DNA of 64,000 bases, from NCBI GenBank assembly GCA_963812015.1, contig CAWETI010000003.1:1760001-1824000 (forward strand), in the 5' to 3' direction. The notes under the pieces were generated by a model. It worked only from the letters and a program-made list of their open reading frames with translations. It did not search any database and was not told the DNA's origin. Source of the DNA: an uncultured delta proteobacterium. GTDB lineage: Bacteria; Desulfobacterota; Desulfobaccia; Desulfobaccales; 0-14-0-80-60-11. Shown here in pieces: positions 39,754-50,698 of the stretch (the first letter of the stretch is position 1; every line of letters starts with the position of its first letter). The translations under genes and the position numbers were made by a program.

Positions 39754-40719
39754 TTAAAAGTGGTCGTACGGTATGCCCAGCAGCAGCCTGACGTGGTCCT
39801 CGGCGCATTCCGCCAGGACCTCCAGGTTATAGCCCCCTTCCAACACCGTGATCAGCCGGCCCTCGGCAGTTTCCTGGGCCAGGTCCAGGAGGAGTTCCCC
39901 CATGGCCCGGTATCCTTCCCGACTGAGGTGCATATGCGCCAGGGGATCCTTGGTATGCGCATCAAAGCCTGCGGAAATAAAGACTAATTGGGGCGCAAAT
40001 TCCCGCAGCCGGGGCAGTGCTTCCTTTTTCAAGGCCCCCAGGTAGTCGCTATCGTCGCTGTGGGGTGGCAAGGGCAGGTTCAGGGTGAAACCCTGGCCCG
40101 GGCCTTTACCCTCTTCCCGGCGGTAGCCGGTGCCGGGGTAGCAGTGTTGCGGGTCCTCGTGCAGGGACACGTATAGGACCCGGGGGTCCGCCTCGAACAG
40201 GTGCTGGGTGCCGTTGCCGTGGTGCACGTCCCAGTCGACGATGGCCACCCGCTCCAGGCCATATTTCTCCAGGGCGTACACCGCCCCCAGAGCCACATTA
40301 TTGAAAAAGCAGAACCCCATGGCCCGGTTCCGTTCGGCATGGTGCCCCGGCGGCCGCACGGCACAGAAGGCGTTGTCCACCTGGCCGCCCATCACCGCGT
40401 CCACTGCCAGCAGTACCCCCCCCACGGCCAGCAGCGCCGTCTGGTACGATTCCCGGCAGATGCCGCAATCCTGCACCTCAAAAATCTGTTTCCCCTGTTC
40501 ACAGGCCTCTTTGAAACGCCTGATATAGTCGGGATCATGCAGCCGCTCCACCCATTCCAGCGGGGCGTAGTCTGGTCTGAGGCGCACCAGCAACTCCAGC
40601 AGGTCGCCATCCTCCAGGGCGCTATGGATGGCCTTCAGCCGGTCGGGCCGTTCCGGATGCCATGAGCCCGGATCATGCAACAGGTAACGGAGCGCAAACA
40701 CATAGCCAGTACGACGCAT
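39754..40719 (-). CDS. Histone deacetylase-family amidohydrolase
   Basis: HPERPDR, RPPGHHA, MGFCFFN, DWDVHHGNGTQ, SAGFDAH, LEGGY. Confidence 0.94.
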   Translation of the reverse strand: MRRTGYVFALRYLLHDPGSWHPERPDRLKAIHSALEDGDLLELLVRLRPDYAPLEWVERLHDPDYIRRFKEACEQGKQIFEVQDCGICRESYQTALLAVGGVLLAVDAVMGGQVDNAFCAVRPPGHHAERNRAMGFCFFNNVALGAVYALEKYGLERVAIVDWDVHHGNGTQHLFEADPRVLYVSLHEDPQHCYPGTGYRREEGKGPGQGFTLNLPLPPHSDDSDYLGALKKEALPRLREFAPQLVFISAGFDAHTKDPLAHMHLSREGYRAMGELLLDLAQETAEGRLITVLEGGYNLEVLAECAEDHVRLLLGIPYDHF

Positions 40720-40864
40720 TGGTTTCCCCCGGTTTTTTCAAGAGTGCCGCCCGGGACGGGCTTTCACAGGGTACCCGAAGACCCGGGGGTTGTAAAGGAA
40801 ATTTGGGGCGCAGGTCAGAGACCCGGCGGCCCCTGACCGTGCCAACGGGCGGGGTTTTGCCGGG

Positions 40865-41443
40865 TTAAAGCAGGCGTTTTTCCACCACGTCCCATTTGAC
40901 GTTTTTAAAGAAGGCCTCGATGTAATCTGCTTTCTTCAGCCCGTAATCGGTGATAAAGGCATGCTCAAAGACATCCAGGATCAGAATGGGGTTGCCGCCG
41001 GCGGGGTGCCCCACGTCATGTTCATTGATCCACTGGTTAAAGAGGAGGCCCGATTCGATGTCTTGGTACATGACGACCCAACCGATGCCCCGCATGGACG
41101 CGGTGGCCTTGAAATCCTTGGCGCACATCTCCACCGAGCCAAACTGGTCCCGCTTTTTCTTCTCCAGGTTGGGAGCTTTGGACAGGTCGCCGTCCCCCCC
41201 CAGATTGGCAAAATAGAGTTCGTGGAGCCGCATACCGTTGAATTCCCACCCCAGGCGGCGTTTCAATTCGCCAAATTCAGGGGTGCCCTCCCTACCGTCT
41301 TTCACCATGCCGGCCAGGAGTTCCATGACTTTATTGGTATTGTTGACGTAGCCCTGGTAGAGGGTGAAATGATTCTTGAGGAGGGTGTCGCTGAATCCCG
41401 GCATCCCCAACAAAAAAGAAAAATCTTTGGCTCCATAGGCCAT
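40865..41443 (-). CDS. Fe/Mn superoxide dismutase
   Basis: NHFTLYQGYV, LHELYF, LDVFEHAF; start reassigned to ATG 41443 with AGGAGG RBS. Confidence 0.92.
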   Translation of the reverse strand: MAYGAKDFSFLLGMPGFSDTLLKNHFTLYQGYVNNTNKVMELLAGMVKDGREGTPEFGELKRRLGWEFNGMRLHELYFANLGGDGDLSKAPNLEKKKRDQFGSVEMCAKDFKATASMRGIGWVVMYQDIESGLLFNQWINEHDVGHPAGGNPILILDVFEHAFITDYGLKKADYIEAFFKNVKWDVVEKRLL

Positions 41444-41639
41444 ATGTCCTCCTTCCGGTCCCGGCGCGAGGACCTTGACGTTTATTGTTAAGATAGTGCC
41501 GGGATCATCCGATGCAAGACCGCGCTGGAAATTAAGCCTCTGGCGGTTCAAGTTTACCCGCGCACTGCCGACGCTCCCGCTTTTGTCCTTTACGTTGCAT
41601 CGTCCGACGGGATTCAGTATAGTAATGCATCTTAAAGGG

Positions 41640-41900
41640 TTAGTCGGAAGATTCCAGGTCTTCCGGGTCCAGGAGACCCTGCTGGATCAGGGCTTTTTCC
41701 AGTTGGGCCAGGGCCTGTTTGAAGGCGGGATAGAGCCCCACCGCCAGGGACACCCCTTTGCGGGTGGGAACCCAGTCCCCTTCCTGATCTCCCGGCACGT
41801 GCACCCGAATATCGATAAGGCGATGACCTTTAAACTCGGACAGGGAAAGGAATACCACTTCCCGGGCGTTTTTCGCAACCTGACTGATAACCTCGGACAT
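41640..41900 (-). CDS. Transcriptional coactivator p15/PC4-family ssDNA-binding protein
   Basis: LSEFKG..IDIR...WVPTRKGVSL. Confidence 0.88.
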   Translation of the reverse strand: MSEVISQVAKNAREVVFLSLSEFKGHRLIDIRVHVPGDQEGDWVPTRKGVSLAVGLYPAFKQALAQLEKALIQQGLLDPEDLESSD

Positions 41901-41988
41901 CATTACCCCCTTGCTGACTGCCTGAACCGGCAGTTTGATAGGGAATTGACTTCGCCTAAATGCCCGACCTTGTCAACCCCTTTTTGCC

Positions 41989-43464
41989 ATGGAACTCTAT
42001 AATACCTTAAGCAGGCGCAAAGAAACCTTCAAGCCCCTCACCCCCGGAAAAGTGGGCTTCTATGCCTGCGGGGTCACGGTGTACGATGACTGTCACCTGG
42101 GCCACGCCCGCTCCTGCGTGGCCTTTGAGGTCCTGGTCCGCCATTTGCGGCGGCAGGGTCTTCAGGTCACCTGGGTGCGCAATTTCACCGACATCGACGA
42201 CAAGATCATCCGCCGGGCCCAGGAAATGGGATTATCCTGGAAGGAAGTGGCCGAACGCTACATCGCCTCGTTCCAGGCGGACATGGCCGCCCTGGGGGTG
42301 CCGCCGGCCGAGATCGAGCCCAAGGCCACGGAGCATATCCCCCAGATCCTCAACGTTATCCAGCGCCTGGAGGATCGGGGCTTTGCCTATGCCGGGGGCG
42401 GCGACGTCTTTTTCCGGGTGCGGCGTTTCCCGGGATACGGCCGGCTCTCCGGGCAAATACTGGAAGATATGGAGGCCGGCTCCCGCATCGAGGTTGACCC
42501 CAACAAGGAAGACCCCCTGGACTTCGTCCTGTGGAAGGCCAGCAAACCCGGGGAACCGGCCTGGGACAGCCCCTGGGGACCCGGGCGGCCCGGCTGGCAC
42601 ATCGAGTGCTCCGCCATGAGCATGCACTACCTGGGGGAGACCTTTGACCTGCACGGCGGCGGCCAGGATCTGGTCTTTCCCCATCATGAAAACGAACTGG
42701 CCCAATCGGAGGCGGCCACGGGCCGGCCCTTCGCCCGCTACTGGCTGCACCACGGCCTCCTCACCATCAACCAGGAAAAGATGTCCAAATCCCTGGGAAA
42801 TTTCTTTACGGTGAAGGAGGTCTTGTCCCGCTTTCCCGCCGAGGTGGTGCGCTTCTTCCTGATCAATTGCCACTACCGCAGCCCCCTGGATTTCTCCGAT
42901 GCGGCCCTGGCGGAAGCCGAGACCGCCCTGCTGCGCCTCTATACCTGCCTGGCCCGGATCCAGGACGTGCTCCGGCAGCACCCGGACCTGAAACTCCACC
43001 ACCCCGTCGACACCTATCCCGACAACCTGACCCTGGAGGAATACCACCGGTTCGGCTCCTTGCGGGCCCGGTTCGACGCGGCCATGGATGATGACCTCAA
43101 CACCGCCCAGGCCCTGGGCTACCTGTTCGAAACCGTGCGTCTGCTCAACCGCCTCCTGGAAGCACCCTCCGCCGACCCGGGCTACCTCACCATCCTCCAC
43201 GAGATGCAGGCTGAACTGGTGAACCTGGGCCAGGGGCTGAACCTGCTCCAGAGCGACCCCCAAACCATGGTCACCACCCTGCGGCAAAAGGCCGCGGACC
43301 TGAAGATCACTCCGGAAGAGATCGAACAACTCATCCAGGAACGCACCCAGGCGCGCTTACAAAAAAACTGGAAACGGGCCGACGCCATCCGCCAACAACT
43401 TCTGAACCTGGATATCCTCCTGGAAGATACCCCCCAGGGAACGATCTGGAAGGTGAAGAGCTGA
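41989..43464 (+). CDS. cysS: Cysteine--tRNA ligase
   Basis: CGVTVYD..HLGH, GRPGWHIECSAM, FPHHENE, KMSKS. Confidence 0.98.
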   Translation: MELYNTLSRRKETFKPLTPGKVGFYACGVTVYDDCHLGHARSCVAFEVLVRHLRRQGLQVTWVRNFTDIDDKIIRRAQEMGLSWKEVAERYIASFQADMAALGVPPAEIEPKATEHIPQILNVIQRLEDRGFAYAGGGDVFFRVRRFPGYGRLSGQILEDMEAGSRIEVDPNKEDPLDFVLWKASKPGEPAWDSPWGPGRPGWHIECSAMSMHYLGETFDLHGGGQDLVFPHHENELAQSEAATGRPFARYWLHHGLLTINQEKMSKSLGNFFTVKEVLSRFPAEVVRFFLINCHYRSPLDFSDAALAEAETALLRLYTCLARIQDVLRQHPDLKLHHPVDTYPDNLTLEEYHRFGSLRARFDAAMDDDLNTAQALGYLFETVRLLNRLLEAPSADPGYLTILHEMQAELVNLGQGLNLLQSDPQTMVTTLRQKAADLKITPEEIEQLIQERTQARLQKNWKRADAIRQQLLNLDILLEDTPQGTIWKVKS

Positions 43465-43467
43465 ATT

Positions 43468-43683
43468 GTGGGGGGAGGGCCAGGGCCAACGGCCCTGCCC
43501 TCCCCTCACACCCCCCTCCCAACCCGCATAAGGGGCCGTGGAAAATGGGGGTTACTCCCAACCTCCTGGGGTTACCCGGCCTGGGGCGACCCAACGGGTC
43601 GCCCCTTCTTTTCATACGGGATTGGGGGTGGGGGGTCCGGGGGGAAGGGGAAAGGGCACGCGTCCTTTGCCCCCTCCCCCCGG
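43468..43683. repeat. Family B G/C-run repeats (two opposed copies)
   Basis: GGGAGGGCCAGGG...CCCTGCCCTCCCC hairpins; related copies near 22943-23006, 25606-25678 and 45775. Confidence 0.55.
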
Positions 43684-43769
43684 CGCTTGAGCGTCAAGAC
43701 TAAGGCCCCAGGCCTTAGCTCTTGCCTGCAAAAATGTTATCTTCTAGAAAAACCGATATATCTTTTGAT

Positions 43770-45767
43770 ATGCCCGACCAATTTCACTTAGTCACGTCTT
43801 TCACCCCCAGTGGCGACCAGCCCCAGGCCATCCGGAAGCTAACCGCCGGGGTGCGGGGCGGGCATCCCCACCAGGTATTGTTGGGGGTCACCGGCTCCGG
43901 CAAGACCTTTACCATCGCCAACGTCGTCGTCCAGTTAAATCTGCCCACCCTGGTATTGGCCCCCAACAAGACCCTGGCGGCCCAGCTCTACGGCGAGTTT
44001 CAGGAGTTCTTCCCGGACAACGCGGTGGAATATTTCGTAAGTTACTATGATTATTATCAACCGGAGGCCTACGTCCCTCAGGCCGACCTCTACATCGAAA
44101 AGGATTCTTCTATTAACGAGGCCATTGACCGGATGCGCCACTCCGCCACCCGGTCGCTCTTCGACCGCAACGACGTGATCATTGTGGCCTCGGTATCCTG
44201 CATTTACGGTCTGGGCTCCCCGGAGGCCTACCACGGCATGCTCCTCTATCTGGAAGAAGGGATGGAGAAGGACCGCCGGGAGGTTTTAAGCAAGCTAGTG
44301 GAGATCTTGTATGAGCGCAACGACATCGATTTTCATCGAGGCACTTTTCGGGTGCGGGGGGACCGGGTGGAGATCTTCCCGGCCTGCGAAGAAGACCGGG
44401 CCATCCGGGTGGATTTCTGGGGCGACACGGTGGAGGCCATCCGGGAGATCGACCCCCTCCGGGGCAAGACGCTGCGGCACCTCAAGAAGGTGACGGTCTA
44501 CCCCGCTTCCCACTACGTCACCCCGGACTTGGTGCGCCGCCAGGCCATGGCCGCCATCGAGGCGGAGCTGGGGGAGCGGCTGGCCCGGTTCCGGGAGCAG
44601 GGGAAGCTCCTGGAGGCCCAGCGCCTGGAGGAGCGCACCCGTTTCGACCTGGAGATGATGAAGGAATTGGGCTACTGCCACGGCATCGAGAACTATTCCC
44701 GGCACCTCACGGGCCGGGCCCCGGGTGAGCCCCCCCCTACCCTCCTGGACTACCTGCCCCGGGAGTCCCTGGTGGTGGTGGACGAGTCCCACATCACCAT
44801 GCCCCAGCTCCGGGGGATGTTCCGGGGGGATCGCTCCCGGAAGCAGACCCTGGTGGATTACGGCTTTCGCCTGCCATCGGCCCTGGACAACCGCCCCTTG
44901 TGCTTTGAGGAGTTCGAGGCCCGGGTGCGGCAGCTCATCTATGTCTCCGCCACCCCCGGCCCCTATGAAGTGGAGCAGGCCGGCGGCCGGATCGTGGAAC
45001 AGATCGTGCGCCCCACCGGTCTGATGGACCCCAAAATCACGGTCAAGCTCGCGGCCAACCAGGTGGACGATCTCCTTGGGGAGATACGGGCCCGTCTGGC
45101 TAAAGGCGAGCGGGTGCTGGTCACCACCCTGACCAAACGCATGTCCGAAGACCTCACCGAGTACTACCAGGACCTGGGCCTCAAGGTGCGGTATCTCCAC
45201 TCCGACATCACCACGTTGGAGCGCATGGAGATCATCCGGGATTTGCGCCTAGGGGTCTTCGACGTGCTCATCGGCATCAACCTCCTCCGGGAAGGGCTGG
45301 ATCTGCCGGAAGTCTCCCTGGTGGCCATCCTGGATGCGGACAAGGAAGGCTTTCTGCGCTCGGAGCGCTCCCTCATCCAGACCTGCGGCCGGGCCGCCCG
45401 GAACGTGAACGGCCAGGTGCTGTTTTACGCCGACCGGGTGACCTCGTCTATGGCCTGGGCCATAGAAGAGACCAACCGACGGCGGCGCCTCCAGGAGATT
45501 TATAACCAGGAGCACGGCATCACCCCGGAAACCATCCAGAGCAAGATCAAGGACGTCCTGGCCTCGGTGTACGAGGCCGATTATGTCACTGTGCCCCTGG
45601 CGGCGGAAGAGCAGATGCCCTACCTGACCGAAAAGCCGGAGGTGATTATTCGCCGGCTTAAAAAAGACATGCAGGCCGCGGCGAAGAAGCAGGAATTCGA
45701 GCGGGCCGCTACCCTGCGGGACCGTATCCGGGCCCTGGAGGCGGAGAATTTGAAGTACGGGGGGTAA
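43770..45767 (+). CDS. uvrB: Excinuclease ABC subunit B
   Basis: [28 protein letters not shown] beta-hairpin, DESH, C-terminal UVR motif FERAATLRD. Confidence 0.98.
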   Translation: MPDQFHLVTSFTPSGDQPQAIRKLTAGVRGGHPHQVLLGVTGSGKTFTIANVVVQLNLPTLVLAPNKTLAAQLYGEFQEFFPDNAVEYFVSYYDYYQPEAYVPQADLYIEKDSSINEAIDRMRHSATRSLFDRNDVIIVASVSCIYGLGSPEAYHGMLLYLEEGMEKDRREVLSKLVEILYERNDIDFHRGTFRVRGDRVEIFPACEEDRAIRVDFWGDTVEAIREIDPLRGKTLRHLKKVTVYPASHYVTPDLVRRQAMAAIEAELGERLARFREQGKLLEAQRLEERTRFDLEMMKELGYCHGIENYSRHLTGRAPGEPPPTLLDYLPRESLVVVDESHITMPQLRGMFRGDRSRKQTLVDYGFRLPSALDNRPLCFEEFEARVRQLIYVSATPGPYEVEQAGGRIVEQIVRPTGLMDPKITVKLAANQVDDLLGEIRARLAKGERVLVTTLTKRMSEDLTEYYQDLGLKVRYLHSDITTLERMEIIRDLRLGVFDVLIGINLLREGLDLPEVSLVAILDADKEGFLRSERSLIQTCGRAARNVNGQVLFYADRVTSSMAWAIEETNRRRRLQEIYNQEHGITPETIQSKIKDVLASVYEADYVTVPLAAEEQMPYLTEKPEVIIRRLKKDMQAAAKKQEFERAATLRDRIRALEAENLKYGG

Positions 45768-45899
45768 GGCTTTTGTGGGAGGGGGCCAAGAGCTTTTTCG
45801 TAAGGTTTTTCTCAAATGAAATAATTCAGGGGTTGAAAGTGCGGAGGCGGGGGGCCAGAATGAACATAAAGGCGGGCGGGCAGGTGCGGCTAATTCACT

Positions 45900-46982
45900 T
45901 CAGGCTTCCATCCCCTTGAACCCGTCCAATCCCCCGGTTTTCTTTAGCCGCAGGAACTCCTCCAGGAGTCGCTTCTGCGCCTCGGAGAGCTGGGAAGGGG
46001 TTTGGAGGTCCACAACCACCACCAGGTCTCCCGGGGCTTTGCCCCGCAGGCCGGGTAAGCCGAGGCCGGGAATACGGAAGGTGGCCCCGGGTTGGGTGCC
46101 GGGAGAAATGGCCAGGCGGGTTGGGGCCGTCAGGGTGGGAACCTCCACTTCCGTTCCCAGGGCGGCCTCCACGAAAGAAAGTGGCGTGCGGAGATAGAGA
46201 TCCTTGCCCTTGCGGGTAAAGATGGGATGGGGGGCGACCTGAATTTCCAGGTAGAGGTCTCCCGGCGGCGCGCCGTGGGTCCCCGCTTCCCCTTCTCCCC
46301 GGAGGCGCAGGCGGGTGCCCGTATCCACCCCTGGCGGGATGCGCACCTGCATATGCTTCTTTTCCCTGATCACCGTCGTGCCCTGGCAGGCGGAGCAGGG
46401 GGAGGTGATGATGGTCCCGGCCCCCTGACATTCCGGGCAGGTGTTGAACATCTTCAGGAGCCCTTTGGACTGGCTCACCTGGCCCTTACCCTGGCAGCAG
46501 GCGCAAATCTGCCGCTCGCTGCCGGGTTCAGCACCGGTGGCGCCGCACCGGGGGCAACCGACGCGATGGATCACGTTCAGACTGGTATCCAGACCCCGGA
46601 CGACATCTTCCAGGGTCACCACCACCCGCTGCCGCAGATCGGCGCCGGGTTGGGGCTGATCCTGACGCTCCCGGGAGCGCCCGAAGCTAAAAAAATCTTC
46701 GAAGACCTCCCCGAAGGAGCCGAAGATTTCCTCGAAGCCGTTGAAGCCGCCCAAGTCCAGGCCCGCCAGCCCGGCATCGCCATACAGATCGTAAAGCTGG
46801 CGCTTTTCTAAGTCCGCCAGGATCTGGTAAGCTTCCGAAACCCGCTTGAATTGGTCTTCCGCCACCTGGTCCCCGGGGTTCTTGTCCGGGTGATATCTCA
46901 GGGCCAACCTCCGGTAGGCGGTCTTGATCTCATCCAGACTCGCCTCACGCGAGACCTCCAGGATCTCATAATAATTCATCAT
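45900..46982 (-). CDS. dnaJ: Molecular chaperone DnaJ
   Basis: YYEILEV, YHPDKNPG, four CxxCxGxG repeats. Confidence 0.92.
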   Translation of the reverse strand: MMNYYEILEVSREASLDEIKTAYRRLALRYHPDKNPGDQVAEDQFKRVSEAYQILADLEKRQLYDLYGDAGLAGLDLGGFNGFEEIFGSFGEVFEDFFSFGRSRERQDQPQPGADLRQRVVVTLEDVVRGLDTSLNVIHRVGCPRCGATGAEPGSERQICACCQGKGQVSQSKGLLKMFNTCPECQGAGTIITSPCSACQGTTVIREKKHMQVRIPPGVDTGTRLRLRGEGEAGTHGAPPGDLYLEIQVAPHPIFTRKGKDLYLRTPLSFVEAALGTEVEVPTLTAPTRLAISPGTQPGATFRIPGLGLPGLRGKAPGDLVVVVDLQTPSQLSEAQKRLLEEFLRLKKTGGLDGFKGMEA

Positions 46983-47111
46983 CCTGAAACAACCACAGGC
47001 CCTTTAGGATTGGAAACGGCGGCTCACCTTTACATTTAAAAATAATTCTGATCATCCGGGGGGGCGTTGTCAAGGATGATCCGGGGTTATGGCGGTGGTA
47101 TCGAGCGGATA

Positions 47112-47414
47112 TTAAGAGGCCGGGACCAGCCGGCGGAGGCGCTCCGCCAGGTCAGGTGACCGGTCGTGAACGGCCACCACCTTGGCCCGGCTCTGGGCGC
47201 CCAGGGTGAGGGTGAGGGAACTTTTGGGGAGGTCCAGGGCCCGGGCCAGGAAGGCGATGAGTTCCCGGTTGGCCGCGCCTTTTTCCGGAGGGGCCGCCAG
47301 GCGCAGCTTCAGACGGTCGCCGTACAGGCCCACCACCTGGGTGCGCTGGGCCCCGGGCACCACCGTCAGGCGCAGGATATAACCCTGACCGGTGGGGAAA
47401 AAAAAACTGGACAT
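47112..47414 (-). CDS. yggU: DUF167 (YggU) protein
   Basis: VVPGA, LKLRLAAPPEKGAANREL, GAQSRAK; follows yggT. Confidence 0.88.
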   Translation of the reverse strand: MSSFFFPTGQGYILRLTVVPGAQRTQVVGLYGDRLKLRLAAPPEKGAANRELIAFLARALDLPKSSLTLTLGAQSRAKVVAVHDRSPDLAERLRRLVPAS

Positions 47415-47433
47415 GGGAGGGGAGAGCCCGATT

Positions 47434-47733
47434 TCAGCCAAACAGCTGAGCCAGGTCCCAAAGGGTGGAGACCAGGAAGCGCTGCAGGAAAACGATGGCC
47501 AGCAGCACCAGCAGGGGGGAGAGGTCCAGGCCGCCGAAGATCAGGGGCACCCGGCGCCGGACCCACCCCAGGACCGGTTCGGTGACGTTATACAAAAACC
47601 GGACAATGGGATTATACGGGTCGGGATTGACCCAGGACAGGAGGGCCCGGGCGATGATCACCCACATGTAGATGGACAGGGCCGTATTCAGGATGGAGGC
47701 CAGAGCTTCGATCAAGTGTCTCAAGGCAAACAT
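47434..47733 (-). CDS. yggT: YggT family membrane protein
   Basis: LSWVNPDPYNPIVRFLYNVTEP, GGLDLSP. Confidence 0.92.
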   Translation of the reverse strand: MFALRHLIEALASILNTALSIYMWVIIARALLSWVNPDPYNPIVRFLYNVTEPVLGWVRRRVPLIFGGLDLSPLLVLLAIVFLQRFLVSTLWDLAQLFG

Positions 47734-48034
47734 TCTCCACGTCTCCATGGTCTCAGTATTTGCTCTATGTATAGGCCCGGTGCCCGGCACTTGTCAAGCC
47801 CCTAACCCAACACCCCTCCGGGGGCTGGAGCGGCCGTAGCTTGCATCCCCAAGGCCCCAGGCCCCTTGGGCGCACCGGCCCCAGCCGTTGCATAAGTCCC
47901 GGTCTTTCTTTACACTGCTCAGTAGGGCTTGTCGACTTTTGCGCTTGGACGCAGGTTCGGGAGGAGGACATAGTATCGCGATGCATCAATTCCGAGATAT
48001 GCATCGGGCCATAAGATAATTTTTGGGTGTGTTC

Positions 48035-48116
48035 AGTCCCCTCTCCAAAAGGGGGATTTGGGGGGATCATGAAGCGATTACTTAATCCCCCCTTGCCCCC
48101 CTTGGGAAAAAGGGGG
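48035..48116. repeat. Family A repeat doublet
   Basis: GTCCCCTCTCCAAAAGGGGGATTTGGGGGGA...AATCCCCCTTGCCCCCCTTGGGAAAAGGGGG. Confidence 0.6.
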
Positions 48117-48278
48117 CTTAAAAATACGGTTTTTAACGATCATATCGATTATGAAGCGCCAGACTATATTGAACCGCAATAGGCCGGCGGGGTCGAACCC
48201 CGGCCGCACTCTCGCCACCCTTGCGCAAGGGCCCCCGCCGCACCCACGCCCCTCGGCCAACCGGGGCGGGGAGGCGAC

Positions 48279-49562
48279 ATGAGTCCGGAGCGCTCTTCCA
48301 CCTTTGCGGCCCTGCGGCACCGCAATTTCCGGCTGTTCTACTCCGGTCAGATGATCTCCCTCACCGGCTCCTGGATGCAGTCCGTGGCTTTTAGCTGGCT
48401 GGTCCTGGTGCTCACCAACTCCGCCTTCTACCTGGGCCTGGTGGGGGCCCTCCAGACCCTACCCGTGCTCCTGTTTTCCTTTCTGGGCGGGGTGGTGGCC
48501 GATCACACCTCCAAGCTCAAGCTCCTGTTCGTTACCCAGGCCGTCCTCATGCTCCTGGCCCTGGTCTTGGGGGTGCTGGTGGAGGTCAAGGTGGTCCAGA
48601 TCTGGATGCTCTGCGTCCTGGTCTTTCTGTCGGGCACGGCCATGGCCTTTGACATCCCGGTGCGCCAGGCCTTTATCGTGGACCTGGTGGGCAAACCCGA
48701 TCTGCCCAACGCCATCGCGCTCAACTCCACCCTGTTCAACGCCACCCGGGTGGCGGGCCCCGCAGTGGGCGGCGTAGTCATCGCCGCGGTGGGCATGGCC
48801 AACTGCTTTTTCCTGAACGCCGCCAGCTTCCTGGCGGTGCTCCTGGCCCTGGTGCTCCTCAAAGTGCCCCGGGCCCCGAGAACGCCCTGGAAGCCGTTTC
48901 TCAAAGCCTGGAAGGAACTCCTGGATTATCTGCTGGAGCGCCGGGAATTGAAGCTGATCCTGCTGCTCATGACCACGGTGGCGGTCCTCGCCATGCCGTA
49001 CTTTGTGCTGCTGCCCATCCTGGCCCGGGACACCTTGGGGGTGGGTCCTCGGGGCTTCGGGCTCCTCATGGCCATGAGCGGCCTGGGGGCCTTTGCCGGG
49101 GGCCTCACCCTGGCCTGGCGCCTGCAACGCCGCCCGCCCATGCCCTCTTTTCTGGCGGGTCAGGGCCTGTTTCTCCTGGGGCTCATGGGCCTGGGACTCT
49201 GCCGCAACTACTACGCCGCTTTGGGATGCATCGCCCTGTCCGGGTTCGGCATGGTGACCCAGCTCTCCACCGGCAACAGCCTGCTGCAACTCAACGTGCC
49301 GGACGAGTTGCGGGGCCGCCTCATGAGCCTGTTCGGCCTCATCGTCATGGGCTTCGCCCCCCTGGGCAGTATGTTGTACGGCGGCGCGGCCCACTTTGTG
49401 GGCGCGGGTCCCGCCATCGCCGGGGGCGCCCTCTGCGCGGCGGTGGTGGCCGGGGGCGTGCTCTGGCGACACCCGGAACTGCGCCACTTCGGCTTCACCG
49501 AAACACCGCCGCCGGCCTCCGAATCCATCCCTCCTCCTGCCGTCACCCCATGGCGCGGCTAA
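48279..49562 (+). CDS. MFS transporter (MFS_3 / DHA3-like)
   Basis: FAALRHRNFRLF.GQ.IS..G.WMQ, AIALNS..FN..R..GP; about 12 TM helices. Confidence 0.92.
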   Translation: MSPERSSTFAALRHRNFRLFYSGQMISLTGSWMQSVAFSWLVLVLTNSAFYLGLVGALQTLPVLLFSFLGGVVADHTSKLKLLFVTQAVLMLLALVLGVLVEVKVVQIWMLCVLVFLSGTAMAFDIPVRQAFIVDLVGKPDLPNAIALNSTLFNATRVAGPAVGGVVIAAVGMANCFFLNAASFLAVLLALVLLKVPRAPRTPWKPFLKAWKELLDYLLERRELKLILLLMTTVAVLAMPYFVLLPILARDTLGVGPRGFGLLMAMSGLGAFAGGLTLAWRLQRRPPMPSFLAGQGLFLLGLMGLGLCRNYYAALGCIALSGFGMVTQLSTGNSLLQLNVPDELRGRLMSLFGLIVMGFAPLGSMLYGGAAHFVGAGPAIAGGALCAAVVAGGVLWRHPELRHFGFTETPPPASESIPPPAVTPWRG

Positions 49563-49823
49563 TTCTTCCTTTTTTAGCAACTATTCCACCTGCCCAGCAC
49601 CGCACCAGGGGCCCGCTTCTCTCTGCACCGTCCCGGGTTCCCTGCCTGCCCTCTCCCTGGGGGCCGGAATATGATATGATTAATTTAGATTCGGCCAGAG
49701 AGGAAGGTTGCGGGGAAAGATGACCATTACCCCCAGTCCAGCCCCGGAAGGTCCTGGCCGGTCCGGAGAAAAAATCACCTCGGCTCCGGCCCCGCTGAGT
49801 TGAGCCGCGATTTTAGGAGAATT

Positions 49824-50645
49824 ATGCAGCCCCGCAAGTTTCTTGCCAACCAGGCAATAGCGTTCAGAAAACCCGGCCTTCAAGCCATCTGCCTGATTAT
49901 CCTGTTACTCTGGGCCACCCTCCCGGCCCTGGCCCAGCAGGACCGTAACCCGGAGCAGGACGCAATAGTGGCCCCCGAGGCGGTGGCCCTGTTTCGCAAA
50001 GGCGAGAGACTGGCCGATAATGGGCAATTCACCGAGGCCATCACTGCTTTCCGTGAGGCCATCCGAGTCCAGCCGGATTTTGTCGAGGCTTTTCAGCAGG
50101 TGGGCTTGGCTTATGCAGGCTTGAAAAAGTATCCCGAGGCCGTCAAGGCCTTCAAGGAAGCCGTCCGCCTCGAGCCCCAGTGGGGCCAGGTCTACGAGAA
50201 TCTCGGGGTCGCCTACATCAAAATGGGGCGCTGGCGGGAGGCTCAAGACGCCTTGGTTGAGGGAGTAAAACTCAGCCCCACCGACGCTGAAGCCCACTAT
50301 AACTTGGGGCTGGTCACCGGCAAGCTCGGGCGGGACCAGGAAGCCAGAGCCCAGTTTCTCGAAGCCATCCGCCTGGAACCAAAACTGGCCAAGGCCCATA
50401 AGAATCTGGGGTTGGCCTACCTCAATCTGGGACGCCTGGACGAGGCCCATCAATCCTTGCGGGAGGCGTCGCGGCTGCAGCCTGATGATGCCCAGACCCA
50501 TTACGCCCTATGCGTCTATTATCTCAGGAAGGGGGACACCCAGGCCGCCAACCGGGAATTCCAGGCCGTGAAGGGTTTGGACCCGAACCTGGCCGAAAAG
50601 CTCTCTGGCCTGATGCGCCCCGAAGCCCCCGGGAAGAAACCTTAG
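49824..50645 (+). CDS. Secreted TPR-repeat protein
   Basis: Signal peptide and repeated A..NLG.AY...G...EA...F.EA.RL.P units. Confidence 0.88.
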   Translation: MQPRKFLANQAIAFRKPGLQAICLIILLLWATLPALAQQDRNPEQDAIVAPEAVALFRKGERLADNGQFTEAITAFREAIRVQPDFVEAFQQVGLAYAGLKKYPEAVKAFKEAVRLEPQWGQVYENLGVAYIKMGRWREAQDALVEGVKLSPTDAEAHYNLGLVTGKLGRDQEARAQFLEAIRLEPKLAKAHKNLGLAYLNLGRLDEAHQSLREASRLQPDDAQTHYALCVYYLRKGDTQAANREFQAVKGLDPNLAEKLSGLMRPEAPGKKP

Positions 50646-50698
50646 GTTCGGCTACCGGGCCTCCCGGCCTTGTCAAGGTCATTAAAGAACGCAACCTT